Of a DNA stretch of 64,000 nucleotides, positions 48,233 to 62,559 are shown in pieces; position 1 is the stretch's first letter, and each line of letters begins with the position of its first letter. The notes beneath the pieces were generated by a model. The model saw nothing but the letters and a program-made list of their open reading frames with translations, ran no database searches and had not been told where the DNA came from. The stretch is from Callorhinchus milii (taxonomy: Eukaryota). The stretch is taken from NCBI RefSeq assembly GCF_018977255.1, contig NW_024704742.1, positions 3,968,001 to 4,032,000 on the forward strand, written 5' to 3'. Position numbers and translations under genes: made by a program.

Positions 48233-51200
48233 GAGAAATTCAGAAATAACAATAGGCACACAGCAAGAATAAACTTTGTGCATGGTGTGCAGTTTCAACT
48301 CGAACAAAACCAATATCATTCATATATTCGAGGACGCGATAAGGCGCTCTATCAGATGCAAGGATTGCATTCGTTCACCGTGTTTCGGTATTCTGATCTG
48401 TTTGTTTTATTTGTGATACTTACTGTTTAGTGGTTAGAGCACTCGCCTCGCAAGGGAGAGGACCTGGGTTCAAAATTACGAAACGTTGGGCAAGTTTCCT
48501 TACTGCACACCCCTCTATTTACCCAAGAGCTGTTGTGGTTGTTAGTCGATTGGACTAACCCTAACCCTAACCCTTTTCCAGAGATACTGATTCCTTCAAA
48601 AAAAATAATAATTTGGTCACTCAATCCACGACTGTGGGGCACTGCTGTGCGCAATTGGCTGTCGTGTTTCGTCTACAAAATATACATTCAATTCACTTTA
48701 CAGTATATTCTGTGAAGTGCTCTGAGATGATTTGAAGACATGATAAGGTGCTGTATCAAATGCAAAGCTCATTATTATTATTGTTAAATCTGCTTTGTCT
48801 ATGCTCTTCTCTCCCTCACATTCACCAGCATTGTGTTTTATACATATATGATTAAAATTAGGTCTCGCAACACATCGCCGGTTGCTCCCAGTGACAAGAG
48901 GGATTAAGGGATATGGGGATAGGACGGGTAAATGGAATTAGATCAGCCATGATCTTATTAAACGGCGGGGCAGGCTCGAGGGGGGGGAATAGCTTACTCC
49001 TGTTTCTACGTCTTATGGTTTTGTGAATACTGTATAGTTGGCATTGATTTCATGGGGTCTGTGCCTCAAATTACTGTGCAACTTTCAGTGAAAGCCTGGG
49101 CTTCAAATCACATCCATTCTACTTTCCACCCGATCCGAAAGCCACCTGCAGCACCAAACGGAGTGAGTCAATGCCCTCTTGTGGCGGTTTACTTCCAAAT
49201 CTTTCGACTCTTTTTTATATAAATAAATCCATCACTTGGCATCAGGTAGAGAAATCTTCTCTGCATCAGGTGCTGGTCTGTGTATATCAGGTGCCAGATC
49301 TGTGTATAGCAAATCTGGTCCTGTGTATATCAGGTGCTGGTTTGTGTATATGAGGTGAGGGTCTGTGTATATTAGGTGTTGTGGCTTTGTGCATATCGGT
49401 TTTTCCAATGGCTTAACATGAGGAAAATAGATAGATATGGTTGTGTAACAAAATTGTTATGATCTGTACACAAAGTCAGAAAAATAGTTTGCTTCAAGTG
49501 TTTCGTTTACACTTGCAGAAAGCCAAACACTGCGAATACTGCAAATACGGCATATTTATCAAGAGCTTTCAGATGTCCTCCTGATATAAAAGGAGCTGTA
49601 TGATATGAACGTGAATTGTATTATAAGTTGCAGCGTATGTATTTATAATACAACAGCAGCAAGATTACATTTGTATAGCGCCTTTCACGTCCCAAGGCGT
49701 CCTCCGTGAAATACCTCCATTTCAAGTTACTGTCTGATTAAAAGACGCTCTGCATACTTCTTTTTTGACGGGGGAAGTTTGTCAGAAGAGCCTGAAAAGG
49801 ACTGCATTGTTTTCCTTACGGTGATATCTCTCACAGGGAACAGAACGTTTCGGCATGATTTATTTATGCGGTTCCGAACACACGAAAGAAAGGTTTATCG
49901 GAAAGGTTGGAGACATTTTCATGAAAATGATATCTCCTGCTGTCTGTAAAATTACCGAGGGTCCAGTGCGATTTTATTTATGTGAGGGGAGACCTTACAC
50001 GACTGACGCGAGAACTTGTCGTTGCACCCTTCCAAATGTCACCCGCAATCCTTTTTAAGTGTGTTCCAAACCATTTTTCCGCACAGCTTTGGGAGGAGCG
50101 TTCCCAACAAAAACACATAATGGGCGTCGCGATGTTACCCCCCAGTTGTCATTTGGAATTTTTTTTTTATAATTTGACAGTGATCGCTTCAGAAATCATC
50201 AATATTGCATTGTTGGCATCGGTTTACATTAACACTGCGTTGTTGGCCGACCGTCAGTGTTCGTTTCTGAAATTTTCTGATGGCGAAAAATGGTCTCAAA
50301 GCTTAAAGCCTTCGGTGAGTCAATCCATTGGACCGTGTTGTACGCAACGAGAAAATTCCAGGTTTCTTTGCCGGTCGGTCTGTGCCGAATGAGCTGATCC
50401 TGGCTGAGGTGGAATAGAGGTGACCATTGGACTCACCTTTGTTCAGTGAGAGGAGATATGAGTCTGGTTCCAGAGGCTCATAGGTAGTGGTCAAATTAAT
50501 GAGCTGTCAGAAAGTTAACGGAACTGAAAATCACCATGAGACCTCCTTTCAGGAAAGTCTTAGAGAGAATAAAGTTCCTAAAAACCAGATTGGGAGCTAC
50601 ATACAACAACCCCATGGACCTTATAGTCCATATTATTATTATTAATATTATCTGTACTAATAAAGATAATGTGTTTGTCTGTGATCTGTGTATCGAACAC
50701 TCATGCGATAACCGATTGATGTAGACATGAGCTCTATTAAAAAAAATGCTTTAAGTAGGGCTCAGAATATGAAGGATGCACCGTATTCATCCCAAGGCGT
50801 CGAGAGGACACCTTGGGAAGTCCTCCCGATGCGAAAGACGCTATACAAATGTAATTTTGTTGTTGTTGGAGTCGTATTCTGCAACGACATAGCGACAGAG
50901 GAAAGCACACCGTTCGGAGCGATGCATCTATATTATGCAACAAAGGAATGGCACTTTTTTTTTCGGGTTGGCACGGGAGCTAGAGGGCTCCTCTCCTCGC
51001 CCCGCCACAGCCACAGCGCTTGTCAGTCGCCCCACCACAGCCGTGCGCCGGAATCCGCTACAAACAACGCCCTCTGTTATCAACCCACTAAACAATGAAG
51101 TTTCCGCACGGTGCAGTGCAGGCGGGAAACGGGCTTCGCTCCACTTGGAGGCCCCGCTGTTGTGATTGTCTGTGTGTGTGTGTGTGTGTGTGCGTGTGCG

Positions 51201-51829
51201 TGTGCGCGCGAGTGTCTGTGTGAGTGTTTCACTCTCTATGTGTTTGTGCGTTTGTGAGTGTCTACCTGAGTGTGTCCATGTCACTCCCCTCTGTACGTGT
51301 GTCTGTTTGCGAGTGTGTGTGTGTGTGTCTCTTCTAGGGGTGTGTGCGTGTGCGCGTGTGTGTGTGCGTGTGTGTGTTTATGAGTGTCTCTATGTGTATA
51401 TGTCTCTCTCTCCTCTGTCTTTGTGCCCTGAGAGTCAGGAGGTGGTGACCCACTGTAGTCTGGTTGGTGTCCCTCCCACCCCCGGTGCCCACTGAGCCGG
51501 TCTGGTTTACCCCAATCATCTCCAGGCCCCATCCACCGTCTCTGAAAGGATAGACTTCAAGATCCTCATCGTCATCACACAATCCCTTCGCCCCCCAGTA
51601 CCACCCCCTCTCTACACCGCTCGCACCCTATTCCTCGGCCGGACCCCTTTGCACAGCTAACAAAGGTGTCCCGGCCCCTCCCTCCGTGTACTTCAACCAT
51701 TACGCCCCAACCTCGGGAACTCCCCCCAATCCCTCGGCTTCGCCCCCTCCTTCTCCTCAACCCCCACCGAAGGACCTACATCTTCAACTGCAACAATGGT
51801 CACCTCCACACGAATGGCCGGTGGGCAAT

Positions 51830-52340
51830 GCTGGGCTGTGATTGGTCAGTGTGTGAGCTGGGCTGTGATTGGTCAGTGTGTGAGCTGAGCTGTGATTGGT
51901 CAGTGTGTGAGCTGAGCTGTGATTGGCCAGTGTGTGAGCTGAGCTGTGATTGGCCGATGTGTGAGCTGAGCTGTGATTGGCCAGTGTGTGAGCTGAGCTG
52001 TGATTGGTCAGTGTGTGAGCTGAGCTGTGATTGGTCAGTGTGTGAGCTGAGCTGTGATTGGCCGATGTGTGAGCTGAGCTGTGGTTGGCCAGTGTGTGAG
52101 CTCAGCTGTGATTGGTCGGTGTGTGAGCTGAGCTGTGATTGGTCGGTGTGTGAGCTGAGCTGTGATTGGCCGATGTGTGAGCTGAGCTATGATTGGTCAG
52201 TTTGTGAGCTGAGCTATGATTGGCCGATGTGTGAGCTGAGCTGTGATTGGTCAGTTTGTGAGCTGAGCTGTGATTGGTCGGTGTGTGAGCTGAGCTGTGA
52301 TTGGCCGATGTGTGAGCTGAGCTGTGATTGGTCGGTGTGC
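51830..52340 (+). repeat. 27-bp CCAAT minisatellite, 19 units, copy 2
   Basis: Seen as (CELSCDWSV)n in ORF 51666..52400; 18 of 19 units have ATTGG. Confidence 0.92.
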
Positions 52341-52371
52341 GGTGTTGGCTCAGAGGTCAGTCAGAGCCGCC

Positions 52372-54022
52372 ATGTTGCGCGTGGAGCCGCTCGGGCCTAA
52401 GATGGACCCGGACGAGTTACGCAGGAAAATGCGGGAGGATGTGCTCAGGTCCCTCCGCAACTTCCTCGTCTACGTGGCGCTACTGAGGGCCAGTAAGTGA
52501 CCGGCGGCCCCGCGGCCCTCCCCCCCCCCCCCCCAGCCCGGCCCCCCCCCCCAGCCCGGCCCTCCCCCCCCAGCCCGGCCCCCCCCCCCCCAGCCCGGCC
52601 CTCCCCCCCAGCCCGGCCCCGCGGCCCTCTCCCCCCCCCCCCCAGCCCGGCCCTCCCCCCCCCCCAGCCCGGCCCTCCCCCCCCCCCCCCAGCCCGCCCC
52701 CCCCCCCCCCCCCCCCCCCCCAGCCCGGCCCTCCCCCCCCCCCAGCCCGGCCCTCCCCCCCCCCCCAGCCCGCCCCCCCCCCCCAGCCCGGCCCTCCCCC
52801 CCCCCCAGCCCGCCCCCCCCCCCAGCCCGGCCCTCCCCCCCCCCAGCCCGGCCCTCCCCCCCCCCCAGCCCGGCCCCCCCCCCCCCCCCAGCCCGGCCCT
52901 CCCCCCCCCCAGCCCGCCCCGCGGCCCTCTCTCCCCCCCCCCCCCAGCCCGGCCCTCCCCCCCCCCAGCCCGGCCCCGCGGCCCTCTCTCCCCCCCCCCC
53001 CAGCCCGGCCCTCCCCCCCCCCAGCCCGGCCTCCCCCCCCCCCCAGCCCGGCCCTCCCCCCCAGCCCGGCCCTTCCCCCCCCCCCCCAGCCCGGCCCCGC
53101 GGCCCTCTCTCCCCCCCCCCCCCCAGCCCTCCCCCCCCCCCCAGCCCGGCCCCCCCCCCCAGCCCGGCCCTCCCCCCCCCCCCCCAGCCCGGCCCCTCGG
53201 CCCTCCCTCCCAGCCCGGCCCCCCCCCCAGCCCGGCCCTTCCCCCCCCCCCCCCAGCCCGGCCCGCGGCCCTCCCCCCCCCACCCCCAGCCCGGCCCCCC
53301 CCCCCCCCAGCCCGGGAAGCGCTTCGAGACGGCTCGAAGACGGGTCAAACGCAAGGGTTGTTGTTATTATTATTATTATTGTTGTTGTTGTCTCGGGGCT
53401 TCGAGCTCGCGGTCCAGCGCCGGGACTGGCAGTACAGGAAGCGAGCGAGTGCCGTGCTTCAAGATGAGACATTTAATTACCGAGGGTCCCACCTGTCCGC
53501 TCTCGGGGGGGGGGGGGGGGATGTTAAGAGATCCCACGGCACTCTCTGTCGGGGGGGGGAAAAAAAAAGAGTAGAGGTGTTTCTCCTGGACGTCCTGACC
53601 CGATCCCCCGCGGATAAAGTCGGTTCGCTCACTTCACGGCCGCTCCTGGGACGTCGCCGTGTGTAAAATCTGCTGCGTTGGATGACAATTACAACAACAA
53701 CTCGCATTTATCGTAGCGTCCTTCACCCGGGGTAGTACGCTGGGGGGCGCTTCAATTATTCGTGGAGTGACTGGAGGATCAATTTGTCCGCCCAACCATA
53801 TTGCCCCCTCAAAGGCTCCTTCCTCCGATGATTGACGTGTAAACTATAATCTGAACTAATGCAGTCCAACGAGATTCGCAGGTCAGACAAATTATATCAA
53901 GTCGCCATTGTAGTTTTGGTGTATTTGTCTCTATGTCATTTAACAATTCAACCCGGTTTACCTCTGCAGTTCCTTTATTTTTTTCAGCTCCGTTTATCCT
54001 GAAGAAACTGGATAGTATCTGA
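52372..54022 (+). CDS. tomm5: TOM5, copy 2; exons 52372-52492 and 53988-54022
   Basis: Coding sequence and splice sites are the same as copy 1, with an intact 51-codon ORF. Confidence 0.95.
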
Positions 54023-57000
54023 GCATCACGACTGCAAAAACCCGCATGCTGCTTTGAAGTACTCGAGTCGTATTTGAAGAGCCACTGTTTGCATCGACAG
54101 AACAAGAACATTCGGGCCTTCTGCTGCTAAAGAAAGAACCTTTTAAAGCCAACTCTGTAACAAACTCTTAACCATATTCAGTTAATCCCTGTACTTATTC
54201 CATTTCCTACACCTAGATTATTTTTTCCTTGCCTCACTTTGTATCTGATTTTCATGCAGAGTTGTGTGTGTTTTTTTTAACCTAATTGGTACAATAAATT
54301 CCCAATATTACGACATTGTTTGCCTGTGCTGCTTGAGGATCTGTAACACAGCACCTCGTGTTTGTGCATTCCATAGTACTTTGTTTCCTCGTTTGGATAA
54401 ATGGGTACAGAAATTTGGTAACACTATGTGTTCGAATGATTCAGATCCATCATCGGACGTTAGTAACCATGTGGGAGCCTGTAATGCCTGAACAAAATAC
54501 ATTGAGGTGCACTGATACTGCCAGCTGTCTTGTTTTATTTGACATTTTATGAGCTATGGATTTTTTTTTACAGTTCATAAGTTTGAAACCCACAGTGATC
54601 ATTGGTCTGGTTAAATTATCTGGTGTATAATGGCAGGGCTTGGTTTCAAGATATATTTGCTGACTTGACCACTGATCGGTACTGTGTAGCTTTTTGTTGT
54701 CGATCAATTTCGAATGAGCTCTCACACGGTATTTGTTTACACAGTCTAATATTATGATTTGCCTAGAAATGTGGAGCCTGCTCCAATTTGAGCAAAATAA
54801 TTCATCACAATCCTGTTGGCTATTGCATTGATAAGAATATCCAAGCAATTTGCTAATTCCTGAAAGAATCTATCATAACGTCTCTCAGTATGCCTTTTGT
54901 GGGCCGCATACGTTCGCAAAAAATGTTTCCATTAGCACGGTTTCAATAATGGTTGGATGTGATTCTGTCCGAACAGCGGTCCTGAGGGTCCTGAGGTTGA
55001 GGGTGAAAACAAAAACGGTATAGGGTTGAGTGTCAATGCATAGATATGTCTGAGGATGTCACAAGGGGGAGCAATATCCTCGAGAGACAAGCTAACCTCA
55101 GGCACCTTTTCTCTACCACCTAATCCCACCTTCGTCACTCCCGTCTCAAAAAACCTACAGTAAACTCCCCACACTCCAGTTACCACTCCATTTCCTACCA
55201 TAAACCATCTCCAACAAGATCAGTATGTTGATTCAGGTATTTTTCCTCTGTTTAGCAGTAAGTAAAAACCTGGTTGTTAGTCAATTGACGGATTGCTTTA
55301 CGGGGGCTGGTAATTATCTCTTTAAAAAATATATATTTTGGTCACTCCACGACTGCTCAATTGGCTGCCGTGTTTCGCCCACAAAATACACAAGTCACTA
55401 CACGTTACAGTTTATACTGTGGAGCCCTTCAATATATCTTGAAGACGTGATAAGGCGCTATACAAAATGCAAGGATTATTATAACCCCATCACCTCCATC
55501 CGCATTCAGTGCTAATGACTAATCCCAGCAGATATCCTTTAAAATCCTCATGTTTACCTGTATGTCAGAAAAAGAACACGCTGTTACTGCCTCATATATG
55601 TTTATATTATCACTCAAAACAGTAAAGTAATTGATAATTGCACATGGTATTGTGTCATTATTATTATTACCTCTGAGACCTGGGTTTAAATCTGCCCAGA
55701 CTAATGAATGGAATTCTCTTCAGCAAACTCTAAAAATGCTATGTGAAATGACTGGTGGGAAGTCTTGTCTCAAGTCACCTAATCAGATCCCTGTACTTAC
55801 TCTATACACACTTCAATATTCCTCCTCTTCAAGCATCCCGGTTGTTAGTCAAATGGCGGATCGCTTTTCCACAAGTAATCCTAAAAAAAAACTAAATTTG
55901 TGAGTCAATCCAAGACTGTAGGACACTGCTCTGCGCAATTGGCTGCTGCGTTTCACCCACAAAATATACAGTCAATTCACATTACAGTATATTCTGTGAA
56001 GGGCTTTGAAACGTCTCGAAGACGTGATAAGGCGCTGTATCAAATGCAAAAATAATTATTATTATCCAACGTATCTTTTAAAAGAAATGACAACGGAAAT
56101 CCACAGTAAAATATCTAAAAACATTAACAAGAAAGAGTTATATAACGTCCTTCATGCAGGCAGCGTCTTGGTGATAAGTGTATTATCGTGGAACCGGTTC
56201 AGTTCCAAGGAGACCCCACTTACCTCCCCTTATCCCCAAAGAGAATGGTCATTTGATTTCTGGCGAGCATAGGCTTTTGCAGGTATCTGCAAGCCTCCTG
56301 GTGAACAACTTGGTCAGTGAAATTAATAACAATCTTTCATTTGGTGTAACGCCTTTAATGTCAGTACAAGATAAAAAACAACATTACATTTGTATAGCGC
56401 CTTTCATGTTGGGAGGACGTCCCAAGGTGCTGGACAGTCAGAGTTTCGGACCCGAGCTGGGGGTTGGGATTGGGGAGGGTGGAAAGCAGGGTGATCGCAG
56501 GGAGGGCTTTTAAGGTGAGGACCAGGATCTTGAACTGTATCCTCTGTGTGATGGGAAGCCGGTGGAGTCGGGCGAGGGTGGGGGTGATAGGGTCACGGAG
56601 CCTGGTGCGGGATATGCAGAGTTCTGGATAATCTGCAGCCTATGGAGGGAGGAGTTGGGGAGGGCTGACAAGCAAGGAGTTTGCATAGTCAAGCCTCGAT
56701 GTGAAGTGTTATAGAGATACAATATAAAATGGAGAGGAGAACATTTGGGGGTTTAGCATTTTTAACAGGAGAAGTGGTCAATTTAACTCAGGACAGCCAC
56801 AGCAGGTTGGTGTGGTCCATGGAAAATGGGGGCTTCGGAGATGTTCTTCTGAGATAGAGACTGAAGCACATTGTAGCAGAGTAGAGGAAGCTTAATTTTG
56901 TATCTAATCATTGCTACTATATGACCTGATATATTGATAAACATGAGCATCCCTCACCTTAAATAAGGGAAAATCATGCTCCGGTGATGAATGAAGCAAC

Positions 57001-57492
57001 AATGTAATTTGACGCAATCGATAACATTGTCTCCTTTATTTGCAAATAATTTTTTTAGAAGTTTTTTTTGTGTTAAAATGGTCCTTTTTTGGACGCGCAG
57101 GGCCCCCGAGCAGTGATAAGATTTAGTATCATCATCCAGTAAAATGTAAGGGCCCCAAAACCGAACTGCCCCCACTGTTTAGAGACAAGAGAATGAATAG
57201 CCTTGAAAATGACAGTGTTATCAATGTGTTCTGCAGCCGGATAAGACGGTGCTCTGATTAAAGTTTCAGACAAATGCAATGGTTTCTCTGTACTGGCACT
57301 CAAGGCTGGTCAGGATGACCTACAAGGATGGCTTCAATTGCGTTGAAAGGTTGAGCTTGCTCTAATATGATTCTGCGGAGATGGAAACTGGAACTTCAAA
57401 CGTAGTACACCCATGGTACTATTCGAAAAGTACCAGTACATACATAATGTGCCAAATAACCTTTTTCTGTGCAGTAGATTTCACACAATTTT

Positions 57493-57795
57493 ATAATAAT
57501 AATAATCCTGGCATTTGATAAAGCGCTTTTCACGTCTTCTCGACGTCCCAAAGCGCTTCACAGAAATAGACTGTAAAGTGAATTGACCGTATATTTATGG
57601 GCGAAATGTGGCAGCCAATTGCGCACAGCGGCGTCCCCGCAAACAGTCGTGGATTGAAAATGGCCAATTTTATTATTGTTTTGTTTTGGAGGGATTATTA
57701 TTAGGCTCTGTGTGGAGCAAGGAAACTTGCCCAAGGTTTTGCCCTCTGCCTGGAATTGAACCCAGGTGTCTCGCTTGCAAGGCGAGTGCTCTAAC
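57493..57795 (-). mobile_element. SINE copy, minus strand
   Basis: Reverse complement of the family consensus from (ATT)n tail to tRNA head. Confidence 0.85.
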
Positions 57796-57799
57796 AGCT

Positions 57800-57955
57800 T
57801 TTAGGAGAAGTAGATAATTATTTGGACAAGGACAAGTTTGCAGTGCTATGGGGAGAGCGCGCAGGTGTGGGATTGAATTGGATAGATCTTTTCAAAGAGC
57901 CGGCACAGACATGATGGGCCGAATGACCTCCCTCTGTTCTGTATAATTTTATGAC
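57800..57955 (+). mobile_element. CR1 3' UTR fragment (others at ~15600-15745 and 33395-33515)
   Basis: Homologous to 3870-4035 (GACAAGTTTGCAG...GAGCCGGCACAGAC..GATGGGCCGAATG.CCTCC). Confidence 0.7.
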
Positions 57956-60900
57956 CATCTGGAAACAGGATTCCAGGAACTACAGTATTGCATTACTGAG
58001 TCATACGTAGCAACAATTAAAATGGTTATTGTCTAAACAATTTTAATCAACTGATCTCTAAGCCCAGAGGCTTGTACCACACTAACAATAATAATAATCC
58101 TTATCCCGTCTTAGAGAAGTCTCAAAACGCTTCACAGCATATAAAACAAAGTGAACTGACTGCACGTTCCGCGGGTGAAACACAGCAGCCATCTACAGCA
58201 GTGTCCCATAAACAGTTGTGGACTGAGCGACCAAATTATTATAATTTTTGTATATGTGTTGAATCAAGTGCCCTCCATTCTTCCCCATCAATGTTCCTCA
58301 GCAAGTGCTGCTAACTCCTCACCACATCCTCGCCCGGTTGGTTCAACTTTTGCCTTTTAAGTCAGAGTCTGGGTTCAAGCCCCACGAATCCGTCTTTGAA
58401 CTCACAAAGTTGACACCCCAATAGAGTTCTGCCATGACGGAGGAGCCATCATTCAGATGAGACATCAAACTGAGATTTTATCTGGTAGACATTAAAGATC
58501 CCACGGTGCTATTTGAAAAGAGAAGGAAGTTTCTGGTAAACAATCCACCAGAAAAAAAAGAATGTTTACTACGCGGTTATTTGTGGGATATTGCTTCGTA
58601 AAACTTGGCTACTGCTTTTGCCTACAAAATACCCAGTCGCCTACACCTTACTTTTGTTAATCTTGTTTTGAGATGTCTTCTCGATGTGAAAGACACTGCT
58701 GTATATCAAGTTCAACAACTATTTTTATTAGTTTATCCTCCTTACTATGTCACTTATTTCCTTAAAGGAGCAGAGGATGTATTGAGCTCTGTTGCCAGCA
58801 TTCAAACTCTGGTCAATTTTGTAATACTTGTGATGAGTCAGCGGGATTAGCCTCATCACTCTCTCCATAGAGATAAAAGGATAGTCCATGGAAGAATGAA
58901 GGATATTCTTGTCTAATATGCAGAGCTGAAGCAGTGCCAGACTGTGCAGCATACCTTGCTTGTAAAACATTGTTGGTTTGACTTTATGCAACAGAGTTTA
59001 AATAATCTAGAACGTATGTTGGTATATTGAGTCATGGAGTTAAAAAATGATCTCAGCTTGTGAATATATTAAAGTTTTAGGTCAAGGCAGTGGATCCATT
59101 TAACTTTGCATTCTACATTAGAGGAACTAATACTGGAAAATGTTCGGGAAAGATATTTCAAGAAAGAGACAACTCAGATAATCTGAGGACATTAAGCACC
59201 TTCCGTGTTGGTAATATTCTTTGTTAAATGTGGATTTTAATATGTTAAGATTAAACAAAGCATTATTTTTCCCATTAATTATGAATGCATTGTATAAGCA
59301 GAGTCCTGTACTCCGTGGGGACTGTGGAAGACATAATTTATTCTGCTCATGAAGAAAGCTTTAACCACACAACTGTTCTCTGTGGATTAGGCTTCACCTC
59401 TGTAGGGAGAGTGATAATTTGCACAGACCAAAGTTATTTTGGGCAAGTGACGGTAGAAAGGATTCATTTTACACAAGAGAGATAACATTTTCCATTAGTT
59501 ACCTGACGTACCAGAAAATAATGGAACGCTATTGAAAAAGAACCCACAGACTAAATGCAATAATTTCCTGAGGCTCTTCAAATAAAAAATATATATACAT
59601 ATTCACTTTTTGCATCCATCATTCCCCACTCCACACATAGAATCTCTTCAACGTGGCTGCACCGCAGAATGTTGTCTCCACCAAGTCGCTTGTATCTCCT
59701 GGTGGCTATGGAAGAGTCACTGATGAAGGTACACACCACACCCCCAAGCGACAACAACAACTCGCATTTATATAGCGCCCTTCACGAGGGGTAGAGTCCT
59801 GGAGCGCTTAAGGCAGAGGAGAGGGAGAGGAAGCAGAGCAGAGGAGAGGAAACGGTTATTCTGTCCACGCTCTGTTTTCCATCACTGTCCCTCTCTTCCC
59901 GCAAGATATTTTTCTCTGTTCTTCGTTCCTTTCCTTCCTTCCTTCTTGGATATTTTTTTTCTTCTGATTTGTCTTCCTCCATTTACTTTCAATTGAAAAT
60001 AAAAATGTATAGCTTGATTTTTTTAAAAAAAACTTTTTTTTTAACCTATGGTAACAGCTGGATTATCGCAATAATCTTTTTCCATTCCTGTATACTCTTA
60101 TCTTCTAACGCAGTGTTCTATTTTCTAACCCCTTTCACTTTGTTTGTTGACATATTGCTCTTCTTCAGACATTGTTTTCTATTTTCTAACGCAATGTTAG
60201 AAAACAAGTGTGAATATCCAAACACAAAAATACTAAATTTACACAAACAAAGAAACAAAATAATGTATGTTATCTGCAACATATCCCAGTGAGACTTGTA
60301 GAACTGTCTTAAAATGATACCACGAAACAAGATTCAATATTATACACTATTATTATTAATTTCCAGATCATCAATCACCCCATTCTTTGAATGCGCTACT
60401 GTTAGAATCCGTCTTCCTTGCGACTCAGGTGAAAGTAAAGCTACTCAATTGCTATGTCGAAGAAATGTGAAGTCTTTCTCCTGGTTCCTGTTTTATATTC
60501 CAAATTTCAATTAAGTGGCTGCTCATCTACCTGTTGTTTATGGATTCTTGCTGATACGATTAGCTGTTTATAATCAATTATATTTGCTTACTACAAATAC
60601 GCAACACTTACAGTACGTTCCTTCAAAGCACTTTTGGGATACTTTGAAGATTTAAGGTGATTTATCAAATGCCAAGTGTTTCGGGACCTTTCTTTTGACA
60701 TGAAAGGTGCTATACAAATGCAAGTTATTGTTATTTATCATTAAAACATCTGTTGTGAAATTCATTGTAGGAACCCGGTTGTTGGTCGAATGGCAGGTCG
60801 CTTTTCCAGGGGTAATAATCCCTTAAAAGAACTGCTACTACTAATTATTTGGTCACTCAATCCACGACTATTTGTGGGGACGCTGCTGTGCCCGATTGGC

Positions 60901-61279
60901 TGCTGAGTTTCGCCCACGCAATATACAGTCGATTCACTTTACAGTAATATGCGGTGAAGCGCTTTGAGACGTCTCGGTGATGTGACAAGGCGCTGTATCA
61001 AACGCAGAGATTATTATTATTATTATTATAGAGGGAGGTGAGGACAATAATCCACGATAGCTTTGGCACACAGCGCAGGAGCAGGACTCTGCAATCTGTG
61101 ACAGTAACCGCCTTCAGCAAACCGTGAATCAGTGTTTCTGTCGCCCCTTTTCGCTCTGTTTGCTGACATCCGCTCTTCTTTGGACACCGGCTCCGGGTTT
61201 GCCCACAGTTACCTCCTTCGCTACTGGAGCAGTTGCTAAGTGATGTCCCCTGGCGCTGGGAACTGACTGTGGGCTGGTA

Positions 61280-62300
61280 GGGGGGTGGGGGGGGGTCTGC
61301 ACTAGGCTGGGTCTGCATTAGGTTGCACTAGGCTGGGGTCTGAGTCTGCACTAGACTGGGGTCTGGGGTGGGTCTGCACTAGGCTGGGTTGGGGTGGGGT
61401 CTGTACCAGGCTGGGGTGGGGTCTGTACCAGGCTGGGGGGGGGGGTCTGCACTAGGCTGGGGGGGGTCTGCACTAGGCTGGGGGGGGTGTACAGTAGGCT
61501 GGGGGGGGTTGCACTAGGCTGGGGGGGGGTCTGCACTAGGCTGGGGGGGGGGGGTTGCACCAGGCTGGGGGGGGGTTGCACTAGGCTGGGGGGGGGTTGC
61601 ACTAGGCTGGGGGGGTCTGCACTAGGCTGGGGGGGGGGGTCTGCACTAGGCTGGGGGGGGGGTTGCACTAGGCTGGGGGGGGTGCACTAGGCTGGGGGGG
61701 GGGTCTGCACTAGGCTGGGGGGGGTTGCACTAGGCTGGGGGGGGTGTACACTAGGCTGGGGGGGGGGTTGCACTAGGCTGGGGGGGGGTGGTTGCACTAG
61801 GCTGGGGGGGGTTGCACTAGGCTGGGGGGGGGTTGCACTAGGCTGGGGGGGGGTTGCACTAGGCTGGGGGGGGGGGGGGTTGCACTAGGCTGGGGGGGGG
61901 GGGGTTGCACTAGGCTGGGGGGGGGGTTGCACTAGGCTGGGGCGGGGGGGTCTGCACTAGGCTGGGGGGGGGGATTGCACTAGGCTGGGGGGGGGTCTGC
62001 ACTAGGCTGGGGGGGTCTGGATAGCTGGGGGGGTCTGCACTAGGCTGGGGGGGGTCTGCACTAGGCTGGGGGGTCTGCACTAGGCTGGGGGGGGTCTGCA
62101 CTAGGCTGGGGGGGGGTTGCACTAGGCTGGGGGGGGATTGCACTAGGCTGGGGGGGGGGTCTGCACTAGGCTTGGGGGGGGGGGGTTGCACTAGGCTGGG
62201 GGGGGGGTTGCACTAGGCTGGGGGGGGGGGTTGCACTAGGCTGGGGGGGGTCTGCACCAGGCTGGGGGGGGGGGTCTGCAGTGTGGAGCAGGCTGGGAGG
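61280..62300 (+). repeat. ~20-bp G-rich minisatellite (GCACTAGGCT-G7..13-T[C/T]T)
   Basis: Roughly 45 tandem units with variable G-run length. Confidence 0.9.
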
Positions 62301-62559
62301 GAGGGGGGTGGGGGAAGCCTACAGCAGTGGGGTGGGGGGAGCTACAGTCTGGGACAGGGGCTGGTGCTCTGTGGACAGACAGACAGACACACAGACAGAC
62401 TCGCTCTGCTCTGCTCTGCTCGGGCTCTCCCCCCTCCCCTCAGAGGAGCCGCATAGCCCCCCGGAGGCTCTGTGTGTGTGTGTGTGTGTGTGGAGACACT
62501 GAAGTGCGATGTGTTGGGGCCTCGTTGAAGAAATTATAATAAAGGGTAAGTTTGAGCTC

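Larger units (their letters stand above)
25490..57499 (+). repeat. ~16 kb tandem duplication (25490-41968 versus 41994-57499), probably two haplotypes or overlapping contigs
   Basis: Copy 2 starts CTGAAAAGGTGCTAAACC, as at 25490, immediately after a 25-N gap. The copies are near-identical with scattered substitutions and indels. Copy 1 stops at the (TAA)n tail of a SINE that continues in copy 2. Confidence 0.95.

Noticed and set aside
59641-59730. Possible plus-strand exon (TAG|AATCTC...GAAG|GTACAC)
   Set aside because: Two open frames but no recognisable homology, and weak splice sites.
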